A stretch of DNA of 64,000 nt from Gammaproteobacteria bacterium (GCA_040220855.1 JAVJVZ010000063.1:10-64009); one strand, 5' to 3'; shown: positions 51,294 through 63,048, counted from the stretch's first letter. Program-made: numbers and translations. Notes: generated from the letters alone by a model not told the origin.

Positions 51294-51407
51294 GATAAGC
51301 GCACGGCGGTGGCCGCGCGCGGTCGGTTAGAATCCCGCCTCCAAGCGGAATCACCGCGTCCCGAACGGCGCCGGCGCCGCACCGGCGCGCAGAGGAGAAG
51401 ATTGCAC

Positions 51408-53033
51408 ATGCATAGCCCGAACACCGCCCCCAGAACGACCAGCACCGACGTCGACGCCATCGTCATCGGCGCCGGCTTTGCCGGCCTCTATGCCGTCTAT
51501 CGCCTGCGCGAGATGGGGCTCAGCCACCGCGGCTTCGAGCAGGGCAGCGGCGTCGGCGGCACCTGGTACTGGAACCGATATCCGGGGGCCGGTTCAGACT
51601 CCGAGTCATGGGTCTATTCGTACACCTTCTCCGAAGCGCTCGAGCAGGACTGGACCTGGAGCTCGCGCTTCCCGCCGCAGAGCGAGATTCTCGGCTACCT
51701 CGAGCATGTCGCGGAGCGCTTCGATCTGGCGCGCGCCTTCACTTTCGACACCCGCGTCACCGGCGCGCGCTACGACGAGGGCGCCAACCACTGGCTGGTC
51801 GAGACGGCCGCCGGCGAGACGCTCACTGCCACCTGGCTGATTACCGCGGTGGGTTGCCTGTCGGCGGCCGCGGTACCGGACATCCCCGGGCGCGACGACT
51901 TCGCCGGCCCCTGGTACCACACCGGCGAATGGCCGCACGACGGCGTCGACTTCAGCGGCAAGCACGTCGGCGTGATCGGTACCGGCTCCTCCGGCATCCA
52001 GGCCATCCCGGTCATCGCGCGCCAGGCAGAACACCTCACCGTGTTCCAGCGCACGCCGAACTTCAGCGTCCCCGCGCGCAACCGCAAGCTGTCCGCCGAG
52101 GAAGTCGTCGAGCTCAAGCGCAACATCAAGGAAATCCGCGAGTTCTGCCGCTGGTCGACGATCGGCCAGCCATATGACTTCCAGGATCGCAACGCGCTCG
52201 ATCTCGATCCGGCCGAGCTCGAGGCACGCCTCGAGGACATGTGGCAGAAGGGCGGCTTCGAGTGGATGTTCGGCGGTTTCCCCGACATGCTCTACGACCA
52301 GCGCGCCAACGACATTGCAGCAGACTTCGTGCGCCGCAAGATCCGCGAGACGGTCACCGATCCGGTCGTCGCCGAGAAGCTGATCCCCAAGGACTACCCC
52401 ATCGCGACCAAGCGCCTGCCACTCGACAACGGCTACTTCGAGACCTACAACCGCGACAACGTCACGCTGGTCGACCTGCGCGAGACGCCCATCGAGCGCA
52501 TCGTTGCCACGGGCGTGCGCACCACGGCGCAGACCCACGAGATCGACATGCTGGTCTTCGCCACCGGCTTCGATGCGCTCACCGGCCCGCTCACCCGCAT
52601 CGGCATACGCGGTCGCGGCGGCCGGCGCCTCGAAGACAAATGGGCCGAGGGTCCGCGCACCTACCTCGGCGTCGCCACCGAGGGCTTCCCCAACATGTTC
52701 ATGGTGACCGGCCCCGGCAGCCCCTCGGTGCTCGGCAACATGCCGACCTCGATCGAGCAGCACGTCGACTGGATCTGCGGTCTCATCGCGCATCAGCGCG
52801 CGGCCGGCGCCGAGCGCGTTGAGCCGACCCCGGACGCCGAGGTCGATTGGGGCGCGCACGTGCAGGAACTCGCCGCGGCGACCCTGTTCCCGCAGGCAGA
52901 CTCGTGGTACCTCGGCGCCAACATTCCGGGTAAGCCGCGCGTGTTCCTGCCCTATATCGGTGGTTTCGGTACCTACCGCAAGTTGTGCAACGAGGTCGCC
53001 GAAAAGGGCTACGAGGGCTTCACCATCGCGTGA
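51408..53033 (+). CDS. Type I Baeyer-Villiger monooxygenase
   Basis: GAGFAG, GGTWYWNRYPG, fingerprint FAGPWYHTGEWP, GTGSSG, ATGF, SWYLGANIPGKP. Confidence 0.95.
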   Translation: MHSPNTAPRTTSTDVDAIVIGAGFAGLYAVYRLREMGLSHRGFEQGSGVGGTWYWNRYPGAGSDSESWVYSYTFSEALEQDWTWSSRFPPQSEILGYLEHVAERFDLARAFTFDTRVTGARYDEGANHWLVETAAGETLTATWLITAVGCLSAAAVPDIPGRDDFAGPWYHTGEWPHDGVDFSGKHVGVIGTGSSGIQAIPVIARQAEHLTVFQRTPNFSVPARNRKLSAEEVVELKRNIKEIREFCRWSTIGQPYDFQDRNALDLDPAELEARLEDMWQKGGFEWMFGGFPDMLYDQRANDIAADFVRRKIRETVTDPVVAEKLIPKDYPIATKRLPLDNGYFETYNRDNVTLVDLRETPIERIVATGVRTTAQTHEIDMLVFATGFDALTGPLTRIGIRGRGGRRLEDKWAEGPRTYLGVATEGFPNMFMVTGPGSPSVLGNMPTSIEQHVDWICGLIAHQRAAGAERVEPTPDAEVDWGAHVQELAAATLFPQADSWYLGANIPGKPRVFLPYIGGFGTYRKLCNEVAEKGYEGFTIA

Positions 53034-53069
53034 GCGCTGGCGGCGGGCGCTGTCGCGGCGCCCGCCCCT

Positions 53070-54293
53070 TCACGGTCCCGGCGACGGTGCCTGCAGGATC
53101 TCGAGCCGGCCGGCCAGGCCGCTGCTCACGCTGACCGCGTTGTCGGCGCCCACGAACACCGCCTTGAGCCCGGGCAGACGCTCGGCAAGCGGCAGCCCGC
53201 GCCCGGGGCCGAGTACGAACAGCGCCGTCGACCACATGTCCGCTCGCATCGCGCCGGCCGCGATCACGGTCACCGAACGGCTGCGCCGCGCCGGGTGCGC
53301 GGTGGCCGGATCGAGGATGTGGTGATAGCGGATGCCGTCGCGCACGAAGCCGCGCGCGTAATCGCCGGAGGTCGCTGCACCCGCATTGCTCAGCGATAGG
53401 CGCGCGAAAGCATGCTCGCGCGGCCCGCGCGGATCGCGGATGCCGACGCGCCACGGGTGGCCGTCACGTCGTCCGCCGACGTAGGTATCGCCGCCCGCAC
53501 GGATGACGAAATCGGCGATGCCGTGGCCGCCGAGTACCACGCGTGCGCGGTCGACGGCATAACCCTTGGCGGCACCGCCGAGAGTCAGGCGCATGCCGGT
53601 GCGCGCGAGCATGACCTGGCGGCTGTCGCTCTGCACGATGACGTCGTGGTAGTCGACGAGTGCGCGACGTGCCGCGACCGCGGCCTCGTCCGGAAGCGAA
53701 CCGTCCATGTCCTCGTCGAACTTCCACAGTCCCCGGAACGCGCCGACGGTAATGTCGAAGGCGCCGTCACTGCGCCTGGCGACCTCCTGCGCCGCGGCGA
53801 TGACCGCGACGACCTCCGCCGAGACCTTCACGGGATGCTGCCCGGCGGCGGCATTGATGCGCGCCACCGCGCTGTCCGGTCGCCAGCTGCTCATGAGGCG
53901 ATCGAGTCGCGCGAACTCGGCAAACACCGCGCTCGCGGCCACCGCCGCAGCGTCCGGGTCGGCGCCGCGGATACCGAGTTCGACCACCGTGCCCATCGTC
54001 CGGGTAGCGAACTCCAGCGTCCCGGTAGCGGATGGGCCGGTTCCGGCGACGGCGGAGGCAGCACCCACCCAAACGCCTGCCAACAGTACCGGCGGCGCCA
54101 GCAGCGTCCGCACCCGGCGACCACCACGGCGCGCGCGCCACGAAGACACCGGATCGAAAACGGTAACGCTCGCCCTCGCGAGCCGCTTTCCGCGTGTTCC
54201 CGGCACCGTTCGAAGCCGCGCACGCAGGCGCGCGCAGCACCGCGCTGCAAGTAAGTGGCGGAGACGTCGCAGCCGACGCACTGGCGCCCTCAT
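53070..54293 (-). CDS. nosX: ApbE/NosX FAD:protein FMN transferase (true start may be GTG 54113)
   Basis: TMGT, GAFDITVG, LGGAAKGYAVD, ATSGDY, YHHILDP; last gene of the nos run. Confidence 0.88.
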   Translation of the reverse strand: MRAPVRRLRRLRHLLAARCCARLRARLRTVPGTRGKRLARASVTVFDPVSSWRARRGGRRVRTLLAPPVLLAGVWVGAASAVAGTGPSATGTLEFATRTMGTVVELGIRGADPDAAAVAASAVFAEFARLDRLMSSWRPDSAVARINAAAGQHPVKVSAEVVAVIAAAQEVARRSDGAFDITVGAFRGLWKFDEDMDGSLPDEAAVAARRALVDYHDVIVQSDSRQVMLARTGMRLTLGGAAKGYAVDRARVVLGGHGIADFVIRAGGDTYVGGRRDGHPWRVGIRDPRGPREHAFARLSLSNAGAATSGDYARGFVRDGIRYHHILDPATAHPARRSRSVTVIAAGAMRADMWSTALFVLGPGRGLPLAERLPGLKAVFVGADNAVSVSSGLAGRLEILQAPSPGP

Positions 54294-54299
54294 GCGCGC

Positions 54300-54623
54300 T
54301 CAGGATCCGCCCAGCGACAACACCCAGTCGACCAGCGCGCGCGCACCCTCCGGCGAGACCGCGACGTTGGGGGGCATCATGACCTCTCCCCATACGCCGG
54401 CGCCACCGTTCAGCACCTTCTGCGTCAACGTCTCGGGCGCCGCCGCATCACCCCGGTACTTCTCCGCGATGTCCTCGAAGGCCGGTCCGACGATCGCATG
54501 GTCGATGCCATGGCAGGCGAGGCAGCCCATCTCCTGCGCCATGGCCTCGTCGGCGTGGACGCCGGGGGCGGCGAAGATGGCGAAAGCAGCGAGCATCGCC
54601 GCGTGCTTGATATTTCTTGGCAT
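54300..54623 (-). CDS. Monoheme cytochrome c (c551/c552-like)
   Basis: Signal peptide, CLACH, VGP, GVWG..MMPPN. Confidence 0.92.
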   Translation of the reverse strand: MPRNIKHAAMLAAFAIFAAPGVHADEAMAQEMGCLACHGIDHAIVGPAFEDIAEKYRGDAAAPETLTQKVLNGGAGVWGEVMMPPNVAVSPEGARALVDWVLSLGGS

Positions 54624-54675
54624 GTTGTCCTCCGGGTCGTTGCAGTACGGGAGAAGATGGGGGCTCACGTTTACC

Positions 54676-55509
54676 TCAAGGCTCGTAGCGCCCGAGCAGG
54701 ATGGCGACCAACGCGAGCGGTGCGAGCAGCCAGGCGAACAACACGCCGAGCTCGGCCCCCTGGGGCAGTGCGAGGTCGGACGTGACACCGAGCAGGCCGG
54801 CGACGCGGGCCACTTCGGCATCGCCAGCGAGCGTGAGCAGGCGGTACGCATCGGTCGGGTTGAGCGCGACCAGCCATGCAAAGAGGCTTGCGTCGAGCCA
54901 CTCGCCGCCGCCGGCCAGCGCGACCCCGATCAGCGCGAGGTCGTAGATCACGACCAGCAGCAGCCACACGCCGATCGCGATGGCGCCGGCCGTCGTGCGC
55001 TCGCGCGTGCCGATGCTGACGAGATAACCGAGCGCGACGAAGACAAGCCCGAGCAGCCAGGAGCCGAGCATCATGCGCAGGTAGGCCGCGCCGCCTGCCC
55101 AGGCGGCGCCGCCGTCGCCGCCGAAGGCGATGACCAGGGCCGCGCCACCGAAGCCGAGGGCGATGGCGAGCCCGAGCACCGCGGCGTGGCCGAGCAGCTT
55201 GCCGGCGACCAGGGCAGCGCGGCCGACCGGCGCCGCCAACAGTAGCGCCAGCGTGCCACGCTCGCGCTCGCCGACGAACGCGTCGTGGCCCAGCATCACG
55301 CCGAGCAGCGGCAACAGGTAGACACCAAGCGAAGCCAGGCTGACAACGGCAACACGGAAGGCCGTGGCTTCCACCGCGCCCGCGGGCAGCGTGCCCAGCG
55401 CGTGCAGCGCCAGCGCCAGCACGAGCAGCAGGCCGACCGCCGCCAGAACCCAGCGGTTTCTCAAGCCGAGGCGCAGCTCCCGCCCGGCGATTGCCATCAT
55501 CGCGCTCAC
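54676..55509 (-). CDS. nosY: ABC permease NosY
   Basis: LRNRW, GERERGTL.LLL, LNPTDAYR. Confidence 0.93.
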   Translation of the reverse strand: MSAMMAIAGRELRLGLRNRWVLAAVGLLLVLALALHALGTLPAGAVEATAFRVAVVSLASLGVYLLPLLGVMLGHDAFVGERERGTLALLLAAPVGRAALVAGKLLGHAAVLGLAIALGFGGAALVIAFGGDGGAAWAGGAAYLRMMLGSWLLGLVFVALGYLVSIGTRERTTAGAIAIGVWLLLVVIYDLALIGVALAGGGEWLDASLFAWLVALNPTDAYRLLTLAGDAEVARVAGLLGVTSDLALPQGAELGVLFAWLLAPLALVAILLGRYEP

Positions 55510-56450
55510 TGCGCCGCGTCCTGCCGGCCCAGTTCGGCGTACACCGCGTCGAGCCGTGCGGGCGTGATCTCGACGTCGCGTACAGCGTCGCCGCAGGCCG
55601 CGATGGCCTGCACCAGGCCGGGCAGACGGTGTTGCATGCAGGCCGTTTCGGCGACGTCCTCACCGAGCGTACGCCAATGCAGCGCGCTGCCGAGGCGCGC
55701 GGCGAGTGCGGCGAGAACGCTCGCCGGCGCCGTCACGCGCACACGAATCGGCAGCGCCGCCTGTTCACGCAACGTCGCCGGCGTCCCGGCGGCGCACACC
55801 GTGCCACGGTGCAGGAGCACGCAGCGGGTCACCACGTGCTCGACTTCGTTCAAGGCGTGCGATGACAACAGCACCGTGCCGCCGGCCGCACGGTGGGCTT
55901 CGATGCGCGCGTAGAGTGCGCGCCGCAGGGCCGGGTCGAGGCCGCTGGTCGGCTCGTCGAGGATCAACGTGGCAGGGCTGCCGAGCAACGCCTGGGCCAG
56001 TCCGAGACGCTGACGCATGCCCTTCGACCAGGTCCGCACGCGCGCGTCGGCGGCATCACCGAGCTCGAGATCCTCGAGCAGCGCGTCTGCCTCCTGCGGC
56101 GGACAGCCCTTGAGGCGCGCATGAAAGCGCAGCGTCTCGCGCCCACTCAGGTTGCCCGGGAAAGCCAGGCTCTCCGGCAGGAAGCCGACGCCGCGCCGCC
56201 AGTATGCCCCATCGACGGCCCGCCCCTCCGCGTCGCGGTAGTCGATGGCGCCGCCACTCGGACGCACCAGCCCGAGCATCAACTTGATCACGGTACTCTT
56301 GCCGGCACCATTGTGGCCGAGCAGCGCGAGCGTCTCACCGCGCGGCAGCGTGAGATCGAGTCCCGGCAGTATCACCGTGCGCCGGTAGGCCTTGCGCACG
56401 CCGCGCAGGATGACTTCGGCCGCGTGCTCTTCAGCGAGTGGCATCATCAT
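55506..56450 (-). CDS. nosF: ABC ATPase NosF
   Basis: GHNGAGKS, WSKGMRQR, LDEPTSGLDP, SSH. Confidence 0.94.
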   Translation of the reverse strand: MMMPLAEEHAAEVILRGVRKAYRRTVILPGLDLTLPRGETLALLGHNGAGKSTVIKLMLGLVRPSGGAIDYRDAEGRAVDGAYWRRGVGFLPESLAFPGNLSGRETLRFHARLKGCPPQEADALLEDLELGDAADARVRTWSKGMRQRLGLAQALLGSPATLILDEPTSGLDPALRRALYARIEAHRAAGGTVLLSSHALNEVEHVVTRCVLLHRGTVCAAGTPATLREQAALPIRVRVTAPASVLAALAARLGSALHWRTLGEDVAETACMQHRLPGLVQAIAACGDAVRDVEITPARLDAVYAELGRQDAAQ

Positions 56451-56456
56451 GCCTGC

Positions 56457-57728
56457 TCACGACCCGCTCGCCGGCGGCACCAGCAGCGGTGCACTGTCGA
56501 TCACGCCGCCGGGGTGCAGCGCCGGAAAGTTGCGCTGTGCCCACGCGAGCAGATGCCAGGCCGGTGTATTGAGCAGCAGGCGAGCGACGGGATAACGCCA
56601 GATCAGGGTGTCACCGAGCGTGTTCGGACGATACGGCCGCTCCCCGATGCCATCGCCGTCGAGGTCGAACGTGAGCGCGTCACTCCAGTAGTTGCCGCGC
56701 TGCCCGTGATCCGTTGCCACGCTCCACTCGAGCAGGCGCGACCCGACGTACTTGACCTGGTCGCGGCTGCCGATGAACGCGTTGCCCGAGATCGCGTTGT
56801 CGGCGGAGCCCGCCGTGTGGTGGATGCCGATGTCGCAGCCGCGGAACACGTTGTCGCGAATGATGTTGCCGTTGGCGTTGTAGACGAACGTGCACTTGTG
56901 CGGACCGGGTGCGACGACATTGCGCTCGATGGTGGAGTAATTGGCGAAGTGGAGCATCAGGCCGTGGTCGCGATCGCCCTGAGAGCGATTGCCGCGCACT
57001 ACCAGGTTGGCCGAGTACATCAACGCGTAGCCAACGTGGTTGCCGCGCGAGACGTTATCGCTGACCTCGCTGTCATTCGTATACATGTAATGCACCGCAA
57101 AGCGCACGCCCGCGATATGGTTGCCGCTGAAGCGATTGCCGGTGCTGGTGGTGACGAAGATGCCGTCGCGCCCGCCGCTGATGCGGTTGTCGACGATCAC
57201 CGAGCCCGGCGTGTTCCACATGTGCACCCCGTCACCACGCTCGTTGATGCGCAGGTCGGTGCGGCCGTGGATACTATTGCCGCGCACGACGGCCGTCTCG
57301 GGTCCCTTCAGATCAATGCCGATCAGGTTGCCCTCGAGGCGATTTTCCTCGATGCGTACGCGGTCACCGGCCTCCGTGACGTAGATGCCGCTGTCCTCCT
57401 GGGAGAGATCCGTGCCGGAGTTGCGCACCAGGAGGCCGCGCAGCACGACGTCCGGGGCATCCACCGTGACGACGCTGCCCGCGCCGCCGCCGTCGATGAT
57501 CGCCACACCGTCGCCCTGCACGGCTAGCGGCCGGCGCAGGACCACCGGCCCAGCGTAGGTCCCGGCGGCGAGTGTCAGCGTCGTCCCTGCCGGGGCGGCA
57601 TCGATGCGCGCCTGCAATGCGCCGGTCGCCGGCGCGCCCGCGCTCCTCGCCGCGCAAGGCGCAACGAGCAGCACCGCGGCGATACCGGCGCAGACGACAC
57701 CGGCAGGTACTGGCAGGCGGCGCTTCAC
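56457..57728 (-). CDS. nosD: N2O reductase maturation protein NosD
   Basis: Beta-helix; [31 protein letters not shown] overlaps the nosZ stop. Confidence 0.94.
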   Translation of the reverse strand: MKRRLPVPAGVVCAGIAAVLLVAPCAARSAGAPATGALQARIDAAPAGTTLTLAAGTYAGPVVLRRPLAVQGDGVAIIDGGGAGSVVTVDAPDVVLRGLLVRNSGTDLSQEDSGIYVTEAGDRVRIEENRLEGNLIGIDLKGPETAVVRGNSIHGRTDLRINERGDGVHMWNTPGSVIVDNRISGGRDGIFVTTSTGNRFSGNHIAGVRFAVHYMYTNDSEVSDNVSRGNHVGYALMYSANLVVRGNRSQGDRDHGLMLHFANYSTIERNVVAPGPHKCTFVYNANGNIIRDNVFRGCDIGIHHTAGSADNAISGNAFIGSRDQVKYVGSRLLEWSVATDHGQRGNYWSDALTFDLDGDGIGERPYRPNTLGDTLIWRYPVARLLLNTPAWHLLAWAQRNFPALHPGGVIDSAPLLVPPASGS

Positions 57729-59668
57729 GCGGCGCGCGGCTCGACCAGCATGCGACCGCGCATCTCCATGTGCAGCGCGTGGCAGAACCACTGGCAGTAG
57801 TACCAGTGCACGCCGGGCCGGTCGGCGGTGAAGGTCACCGAGGCGGTGGCCTGCGGGCCGACCTCGAATGCCACGCCGTAGTTCGACAACGTGAAGCCGT
57901 GGGTGAGGTCCTCGATGCGATCGAGATTGGTCACGAACACGGTCACTTCGTCGCCCTGCTGCACGGTGAACTTCTCCATGCTGAAGCTCGGCGCAATCGA
58001 GTACATGTAGACGCGCACCTTGTTGCCGTCGCGCACCATCTTCGATTCACGTTCGAGCGTCACCCCGTCCGCCTTGGCCTGCTCGACGGCGGCGGCGAAC
58101 ATGGGGTCGTCGCGTGTCCACACCGATTTCGGTTGCAGGATGTCCGGGCGCACGATGATGCAGTCATGGGGTTCGGCGAAGGTCGGACCATCGTGGACCA
58201 GCGTCATACCCTCGCCGGAGATGTCGATGAGCTGGTCGTTCTCCGGTTTGAGCGGCCCCACGTTGATGAAGCGGTCCTTGGAGAACTTGTTCAGCGACAC
58301 CAGCCACTTGCCATCGGCCTCCTTGGTCTCGCCCATCGAGGTGTGGTTGTGCCCGGGCTGGTAGTGGACGTCAATCTTCTCGAGAATCGGGTCGACGTCC
58401 TTGCCATCGAACGCCTCGACCGCCTTGGCGATGTTCCATTTCGCCATCTGGCTGTCGAGGAAGAGCGTGGTATACGCGTTGCCCTTGTCGTCGAAGGCGG
58501 TATGCAGCGGACCGAGACCGACCTCGGGCTCGGCGACGATGCACGAGCGCGGCTCTGCGCCCTCGAACACGGCGTCGACCTTGGTGACGTCGATCACCGA
58601 GCAGGTCGGCGACAGTTTGCCGTTGACCACCACGTGGCGCCCGTCGGGCGCAGTGTTGCAACCATGTGGGCTCTTCGAGATCGGCACGTAGGCGGTCAGC
58701 CCCGAGCCGTGGCGGCCGTCGAGTACCGGCACCCCGTTCAGCTCCTTGAAATCGCCCTTCTTCACCGCCGCCTCGATGCGCGCAATGTTGAAGATGACCA
58801 CCCAGTCCTGCTCGCTCTTGGTCATGCCAGCGAGATTCATGCCCATCTCGGAGTTGTAGCAGGTCGAGAAGGCGTACTTGCCCTGGTAATCGGCGTCGCA
58901 GTTGTCGAGATTGCCGTCGACGATGACCTGCCAGGCCACTTCCATGCTGTCGCCATCGATGGCCGTGAAGATGGCCGCGTACTGGCTGGGGTCGTCGAGC
59001 ACCGAGCCGTCGTTCGGGATCGGGATCTCGTGTTCGCCGTTGATGAAGATGTAGCCGGTGCGTGGAAATTTCTGCGGGCGCAGACCATGCATGTCGTTGG
59101 CATTCGGCACCTCGATGATCTTGTCGCACTTCATGACATCGCAGCGGATGCGCGCGACGCGCGTATTGGCCTTGTCGTTGACGAAGATATAGCGACCATC
59201 GTAGGTGCCGTCGGTGAACGACATGTGCGGATGGTGCAGGTCTCCGTTGAGATAGATGCCGCCGCGGGTGGAGAGGAACTTCCGCGTCTCCTCGGTCAGT
59301 CCCTCGGTGAGGATGCGCCGGCTCTCGTTGGTGAGGCCCCAACCGGTCGCGCTGCAGCGGTTGAAGACCGGGATGCGCATCAGCTCGCGCATCGAGGGCA
59401 TGCCGAAGATGCGCACCTCGCCCGTCTGTCCGCTGCTCCAGATGCCATAGTAGGCATCGAGGTCGCCCGGTTCGACCATGGCGTGCGATGCCGCGGGTGC
59501 GGCTGCGCGGGCCGGCGCGAGCGCCGCCCCGGTCAATGCGCCACCGCCGCCGGCGAGCGCGGCAAGCGTCGCCGAGCTGCCGAGGAAGGCGCGGCGGGTG
59601 GTGCCCGCGGCGCCATCGCGATCCGCGTCAGGGGCCTGCGGGGTATGCGGTTTGTCGTCGTCGTTCAT
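57725..59668 (-). CDS. nosZ: Tat-dependent (clade I) nitrous-oxide reductase
   Basis: TRRAFL Tat motif; CuZ His motifs DLHHPH, MHG, PHG, PLH, YQPGH, EPH; CuA motif [12 protein letters not shown]. Confidence 0.98.
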   Translation of the reverse strand: MNDDDKPHTPQAPDADRDGAAGTTRRAFLGSSATLAALAGGGGALTGAALAPARAAAPAASHAMVEPGDLDAYYGIWSSGQTGEVRIFGMPSMRELMRIPVFNRCSATGWGLTNESRRILTEGLTEETRKFLSTRGGIYLNGDLHHPHMSFTDGTYDGRYIFVNDKANTRVARIRCDVMKCDKIIEVPNANDMHGLRPQKFPRTGYIFINGEHEIPIPNDGSVLDDPSQYAAIFTAIDGDSMEVAWQVIVDGNLDNCDADYQGKYAFSTCYNSEMGMNLAGMTKSEQDWVVIFNIARIEAAVKKGDFKELNGVPVLDGRHGSGLTAYVPISKSPHGCNTAPDGRHVVVNGKLSPTCSVIDVTKVDAVFEGAEPRSCIVAEPEVGLGPLHTAFDDKGNAYTTLFLDSQMAKWNIAKAVEAFDGKDVDPILEKIDVHYQPGHNHTSMGETKEADGKWLVSLNKFSKDRFINVGPLKPENDQLIDISGEGMTLVHDGPTFAEPHDCIIVRPDILQPKSVWTRDDPMFAAAVEQAKADGVTLERESKMVRDGNKVRVYMYSIAPSFSMEKFTVQQGDEVTVFVTNLDRIEDLTHGFTLSNYGVAFEVGPQATASVTFTADRPGVHWYYCQWFCHALHMEMRGRMLVEPRAA

Positions 59669-61905
59669 CTCGCTCCTCCTCTCGGTGAATCGTCTTCGCG
59701 GGCACGCGCTGGCGTGCCCGCCGTCCGTTCGATTGCCGCCACCGCGTCGGCGAGGCGTGGCGTCGTGTCGCGGCGCGCCGCGCGTTGTTCGCGCTTGAGC
59801 CGCTGCTGGATGAGCTTGTAGCAGCGCTGGTCGTCGACGTAGACGACCTGGCAGTGCAGGCAGTAGATGCACTCGTTCGGGTTGATGTAGCCTTCCGGGT
59901 GAATCGCCTCCACCATGCATTCGCGCGCGCAGCGCTGGCACGGCGAGCCGCACTCGCGGTAGCGCTTGAGCCATTCGAACAGGCGCAGCTTGCCCGGGAT
60001 GGCGAGCGCCGCGCCCAATGGGCAGGCATAGCGGCAGTAGAACCGCTCGATGAACAACCCCGGCAGCAGCATGCCGACGGCGAACAGCACGTAAGGCCAT
60101 TCGCGGTCGAACTTGAGCACGATGGCGGTCTTGAACGGCTCCACTTCGGCAAGACGCTCGGCGAGACCGAGCGAATGCAGCGAGACGCCGAAGAGCACCA
60201 GGAAGAGCACGTACTTCAGCGCCCACAGGCGCTCGTGCAGCCACCAGGGCAGGCGTCTCTGCGGGATACCGAGACGCTTGGCGAGCTTGTTGATGAGTTC
60301 CTGCAGCGCGCCGAACGGGCACAGCCAGCCGCAGAAGGCGCCGCGCCCCCAGAACACGAGTGAAATGGCCACCGCGCCCCACAGGATGAAGATGAGCGGC
60401 TCCATCAGGAAGTAGCTCCAGCTGAAGCCGGTCATCGCGGCGTTGGCGACGGTCAGGACGTTGACCACCGAGAGCTGCGCATTGGCGTACCAGCCGATGC
60501 CGACCAGGGTGAAGATCATGAACGCAAGGCGCACGCGCTCGGTCAGCTGCTTGCGTCGAACCAGCCAGCCCTGGAAGAAGAAGATCGCGGTCAGTATCAG
60601 CAGGGCGACGCCGAGCACGGCAATCTGCCAGTTCTTGTGCCGCCACAGGGTGTGCCACAGGGGGCTCGTCGCGGGCGCCGCGGCCGTCTCCGCGACCGGC
60701 GGCACCGCTGCTGCCGGAGGTGGCGCCCGCGGTCGCTCGAGGAAGCGTTCCGGCACGGCATAGTCGAGTGTGAAACTGACGAAGGCTTTGCGCGTGCCGC
60801 CGATCTCGCGACCGACCAGGAGCTCCAGCTGCCACGGCGCGGCGGCGTCGAAGTCGACGTCCGCCGGCAGGATGAACAGATCGTTCTCCTTGAGCTGCGG
60901 CGCGCCATCCGCCTGCAGGCGCCGCAGGCGCTGGTGATCGGTGTCGCGGAAACGCACGGTGACGTCGCCCTGGCGCAGCACGAAGCGGTCGAAGATGCCG
61001 CCACGCACGTAGCCCGAGCCCTTGAAGGAATAGGGCCCCTGCGCAGCGACGATGATGGCGTCTCGATCGTCGCCGAGCGTTTCGCGCAGGCGCGCATAGG
61101 CCGCTTCGCCGAGCAGGCTGCGGCCGACGGTCGGAACCGACACCACGGCGGCGAAGAGTTCGATGAAGGTATCGTCCGCGGCGCCGCGTACGCGCCGTCG
61201 TGCGCGCTCGCCGTGGCCGGCTTGCTCGAACGCGGCGTCGACCTCGCCGATGTCGAGGCCCAGGCGCTGGACGGCGCCGCTGTCACGCAGACTCTGCCAA
61301 TCGACGATCTCGCCCTCGCCCATCGCGATGCGCGCCCGGGGAGCGCGGCCGCCGGCTGTGCCCGGCACCTGCAGGCCACCGAGCCCGAGCGCCCGCGCGG
61401 CCGCCGTCGCTGCCTGCACGATGGTGTCGTCGATGACCATCACGGTTACCGTGGCGCCGCTGACGACATCCACCTGCGCGCGCTCGGCGCGCCCGCCTGC
61501 GAGCGCGGCGATGTCGACACCGACATAGTCCGCCAGCGTCGCCTCGATGCGCGACTGCGGAATGCCCGTCAGCACGATGGGCTCGTGATGCTCGACGAGA
61601 TGGGCCGCAGTGATTACCGCATGCTCGTCGAGCGCGATGACGACGTGGATGGGCTTGCCCGAGTAGCCGGTGGTATCGGTGTAGTCGGAATTCGCGATAA
61701 CCCAGCCCACGCGTGCGTCGCCGCGAAAAATCGGCGCCGCCGGCGGCGACGCCTGCACCGGGCCCAGCCGATCGGCGCCGCGCACGAGCTGGGCCGGATC
61801 GAGGCCGTCGACGAAGCGCGCCAGCGCAGTCTGCGCTTGCGTACCGGGTGACATCGCGACCAGCACGATGACGAGCCAGGGTTGCAGAAAGTGGCGGCCG
61901 GTCAT
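59665..61905 (-). CDS. nosR: NosR flavo-iron-sulfur membrane protein
   Basis: [15 protein letters not shown] flavinylation motif, CGWLCP, CRYACP, two ferredoxin-type Cys clusters. Confidence 0.96.
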   Translation of the reverse strand: MTGRHFLQPWLVIVLVAMSPGTQAQTALARFVDGLDPAQLVRGADRLGPVQASPPAAPIFRGDARVGWVIANSDYTDTTGYSGKPIHVVIALDEHAVITAAHLVEHHEPIVLTGIPQSRIEATLADYVGVDIAALAGGRAERAQVDVVSGATVTVMVIDDTIVQAATAAARALGLGGLQVPGTAGGRAPRARIAMGEGEIVDWQSLRDSGAVQRLGLDIGEVDAAFEQAGHGERARRRVRGAADDTFIELFAAVVSVPTVGRSLLGEAAYARLRETLGDDRDAIIVAAQGPYSFKGSGYVRGGIFDRFVLRQGDVTVRFRDTDHQRLRRLQADGAPQLKENDLFILPADVDFDAAAPWQLELLVGREIGGTRKAFVSFTLDYAVPERFLERPRAPPPAAAVPPVAETAAAPATSPLWHTLWRHKNWQIAVLGVALLILTAIFFFQGWLVRRKQLTERVRLAFMIFTLVGIGWYANAQLSVVNVLTVANAAMTGFSWSYFLMEPLIFILWGAVAISLVFWGRGAFCGWLCPFGALQELINKLAKRLGIPQRRLPWWLHERLWALKYVLFLVLFGVSLHSLGLAERLAEVEPFKTAIVLKFDREWPYVLFAVGMLLPGLFIERFYCRYACPLGAALAIPGKLRLFEWLKRYRECGSPCQRCARECMVEAIHPEGYINPNECIYCLHCQVVYVDDQRCYKLIQQRLKREQRAARRDTTPRLADAVAAIERTAGTPARAREDDSPRGGAR

Positions 61906-62115
61906 GCGACCGCGGCGGCTCGTGGTTCGTTGTTGCTTGTTGTGCGAGAGTCCGCGCGGCCTCCACTCATGCTGCCGGGTCCACTGGGGCCACGCGGTCC
62001 GTCCGTTCCACGCGCAGCGTCGTCTACACTTCGGTTGGGCCCAGGCTCAGCAGTGGGCGCGACCTGATGCTTCCGTGCCGGGCCCATAGGAAAACCGTAG
62101 ACGAGACTGCGCACA

Positions 62116-63048
62116 TTGCAAGCAGGCCGCACACCGGGGGACGAGACGACGACGTTCGAAACGCTGCTCGCCATCGCCATGGCAGCCGAGCGCAACGCCG
62201 CGCGGACTTACGTGTCGCTCGCCCAGACGATGGCGGCTCACGGGCGTGACGACATTGCCCGTGTGTTCGAACGCCTCGCAGACGAAGAGACACGCCACGA
62301 CCGCGAAGTGAGCGACATCGCCGTGCGTTACGACGTCACTGCGGCAGACGCGGCAACCGCGTTGCCGATGTGGCCGCGCGGCGAGGCGCCACGCCTCGAC
62401 CACGACGTGGCCACCAACCCGGCCACGTCGACACCCTACCGCGCGCTGGCCTACGCCGTGGACAACGAGGAGCTCGCGTTCCGCTACTACAGCTACGCCG
62501 CGACGATGGCCGCCGATGCGCGCACACAGGCGCTGGCCGAAGCGCTCGCGCGCGAGGAACTCGGCCACGCCGCGTTGCTGCGCAGCCTGCGCCGCGAGGC
62601 ATTCCACGCCGAGGGCGGCGCCGAGGCGCGCGACAGCCTGCGCCTGGCGCGTGCGATTTCGAGCGTCGACGAACTGCTGCGCGCGGCCCTGACCATCGAG
62701 GAGGGGCTGGTCAGCTGCCTGCGCGCCGCGGGCGACGGCGATCCCGTCGTCGCCGCGCTCGTCGAAGACCTCGCAGCGGGTGTCGCCAGCTTGCGCGACG
62801 AAATTCCCACCGACAGCCGGGTCCCGCCGACCTCCGCCCATGCTGAAGATCGAAGCGCGGTGCCGGCCGAACCAGCAGCCATCGATGCCTTCGAACGTGC
62901 CTTCGCGTTCTACGACGCGGTCGTCCATCACTCGCGCGACGAGGCCACCGGCGAGCGCGCGCAGGCGCTCGCGGCCGATACCCTCGCGCGCCTGCTCGTG
63001 CTACGCCGGCACGCAGGGATGGCGGGCGGCGCACGCCTCAGCGCATAG
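62116..63048 (+). CDS. Rubrerythrin/ferritin-like di-iron protein (start uncertain)
   Basis: AERNAARTY..EETRH and NEELAFRYY..EELGH, plus a degenerate C-terminal bundle. Confidence 0.82.
   Translation: MQAGRTPGDETTTFETLLAIAMAAERNAARTYVSLAQTMAAHGRDDIARVFERLADEETRHDREVSDIAVRYDVTAADAATALPMWPRGEAPRLDHDVATNPATSTPYRALAYAVDNEELAFRYYSYAATMAADARTQALAEALAREELGHAALLRSLRREAFHAEGGAEARDSLRLARAISSVDELLRAALTIEEGLVSCLRAAGDGDPVVAALVEDLAAGVASLRDEIPTDSRVPPTSAHAEDRSAVPAEPAAIDAFERAFAFYDAVVHHSRDEATGERAQALAADTLARLLVLRRHAGMAGGARLSA

Noticed and set aside
57725-60835. 1036-aa NosZ with a large N-terminal extension (likewise the 777-aa BVMO from 50700)
   Set aside because: The extension overlaps nosR (or the MFS gene) in another frame. 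The RBS-supported starts are 59668 (with the Tat motif following) and 51408.
33150-61851. Long antisense or alternate-frame ORFs (33150-34904, 45604-47253, 48327-49997, 55893-57527, 57572-59821, 60637-61851 and others)
   Set aside because: Shadows of well-supported genes, as expected in high-GC DNA; no motifs of their own.
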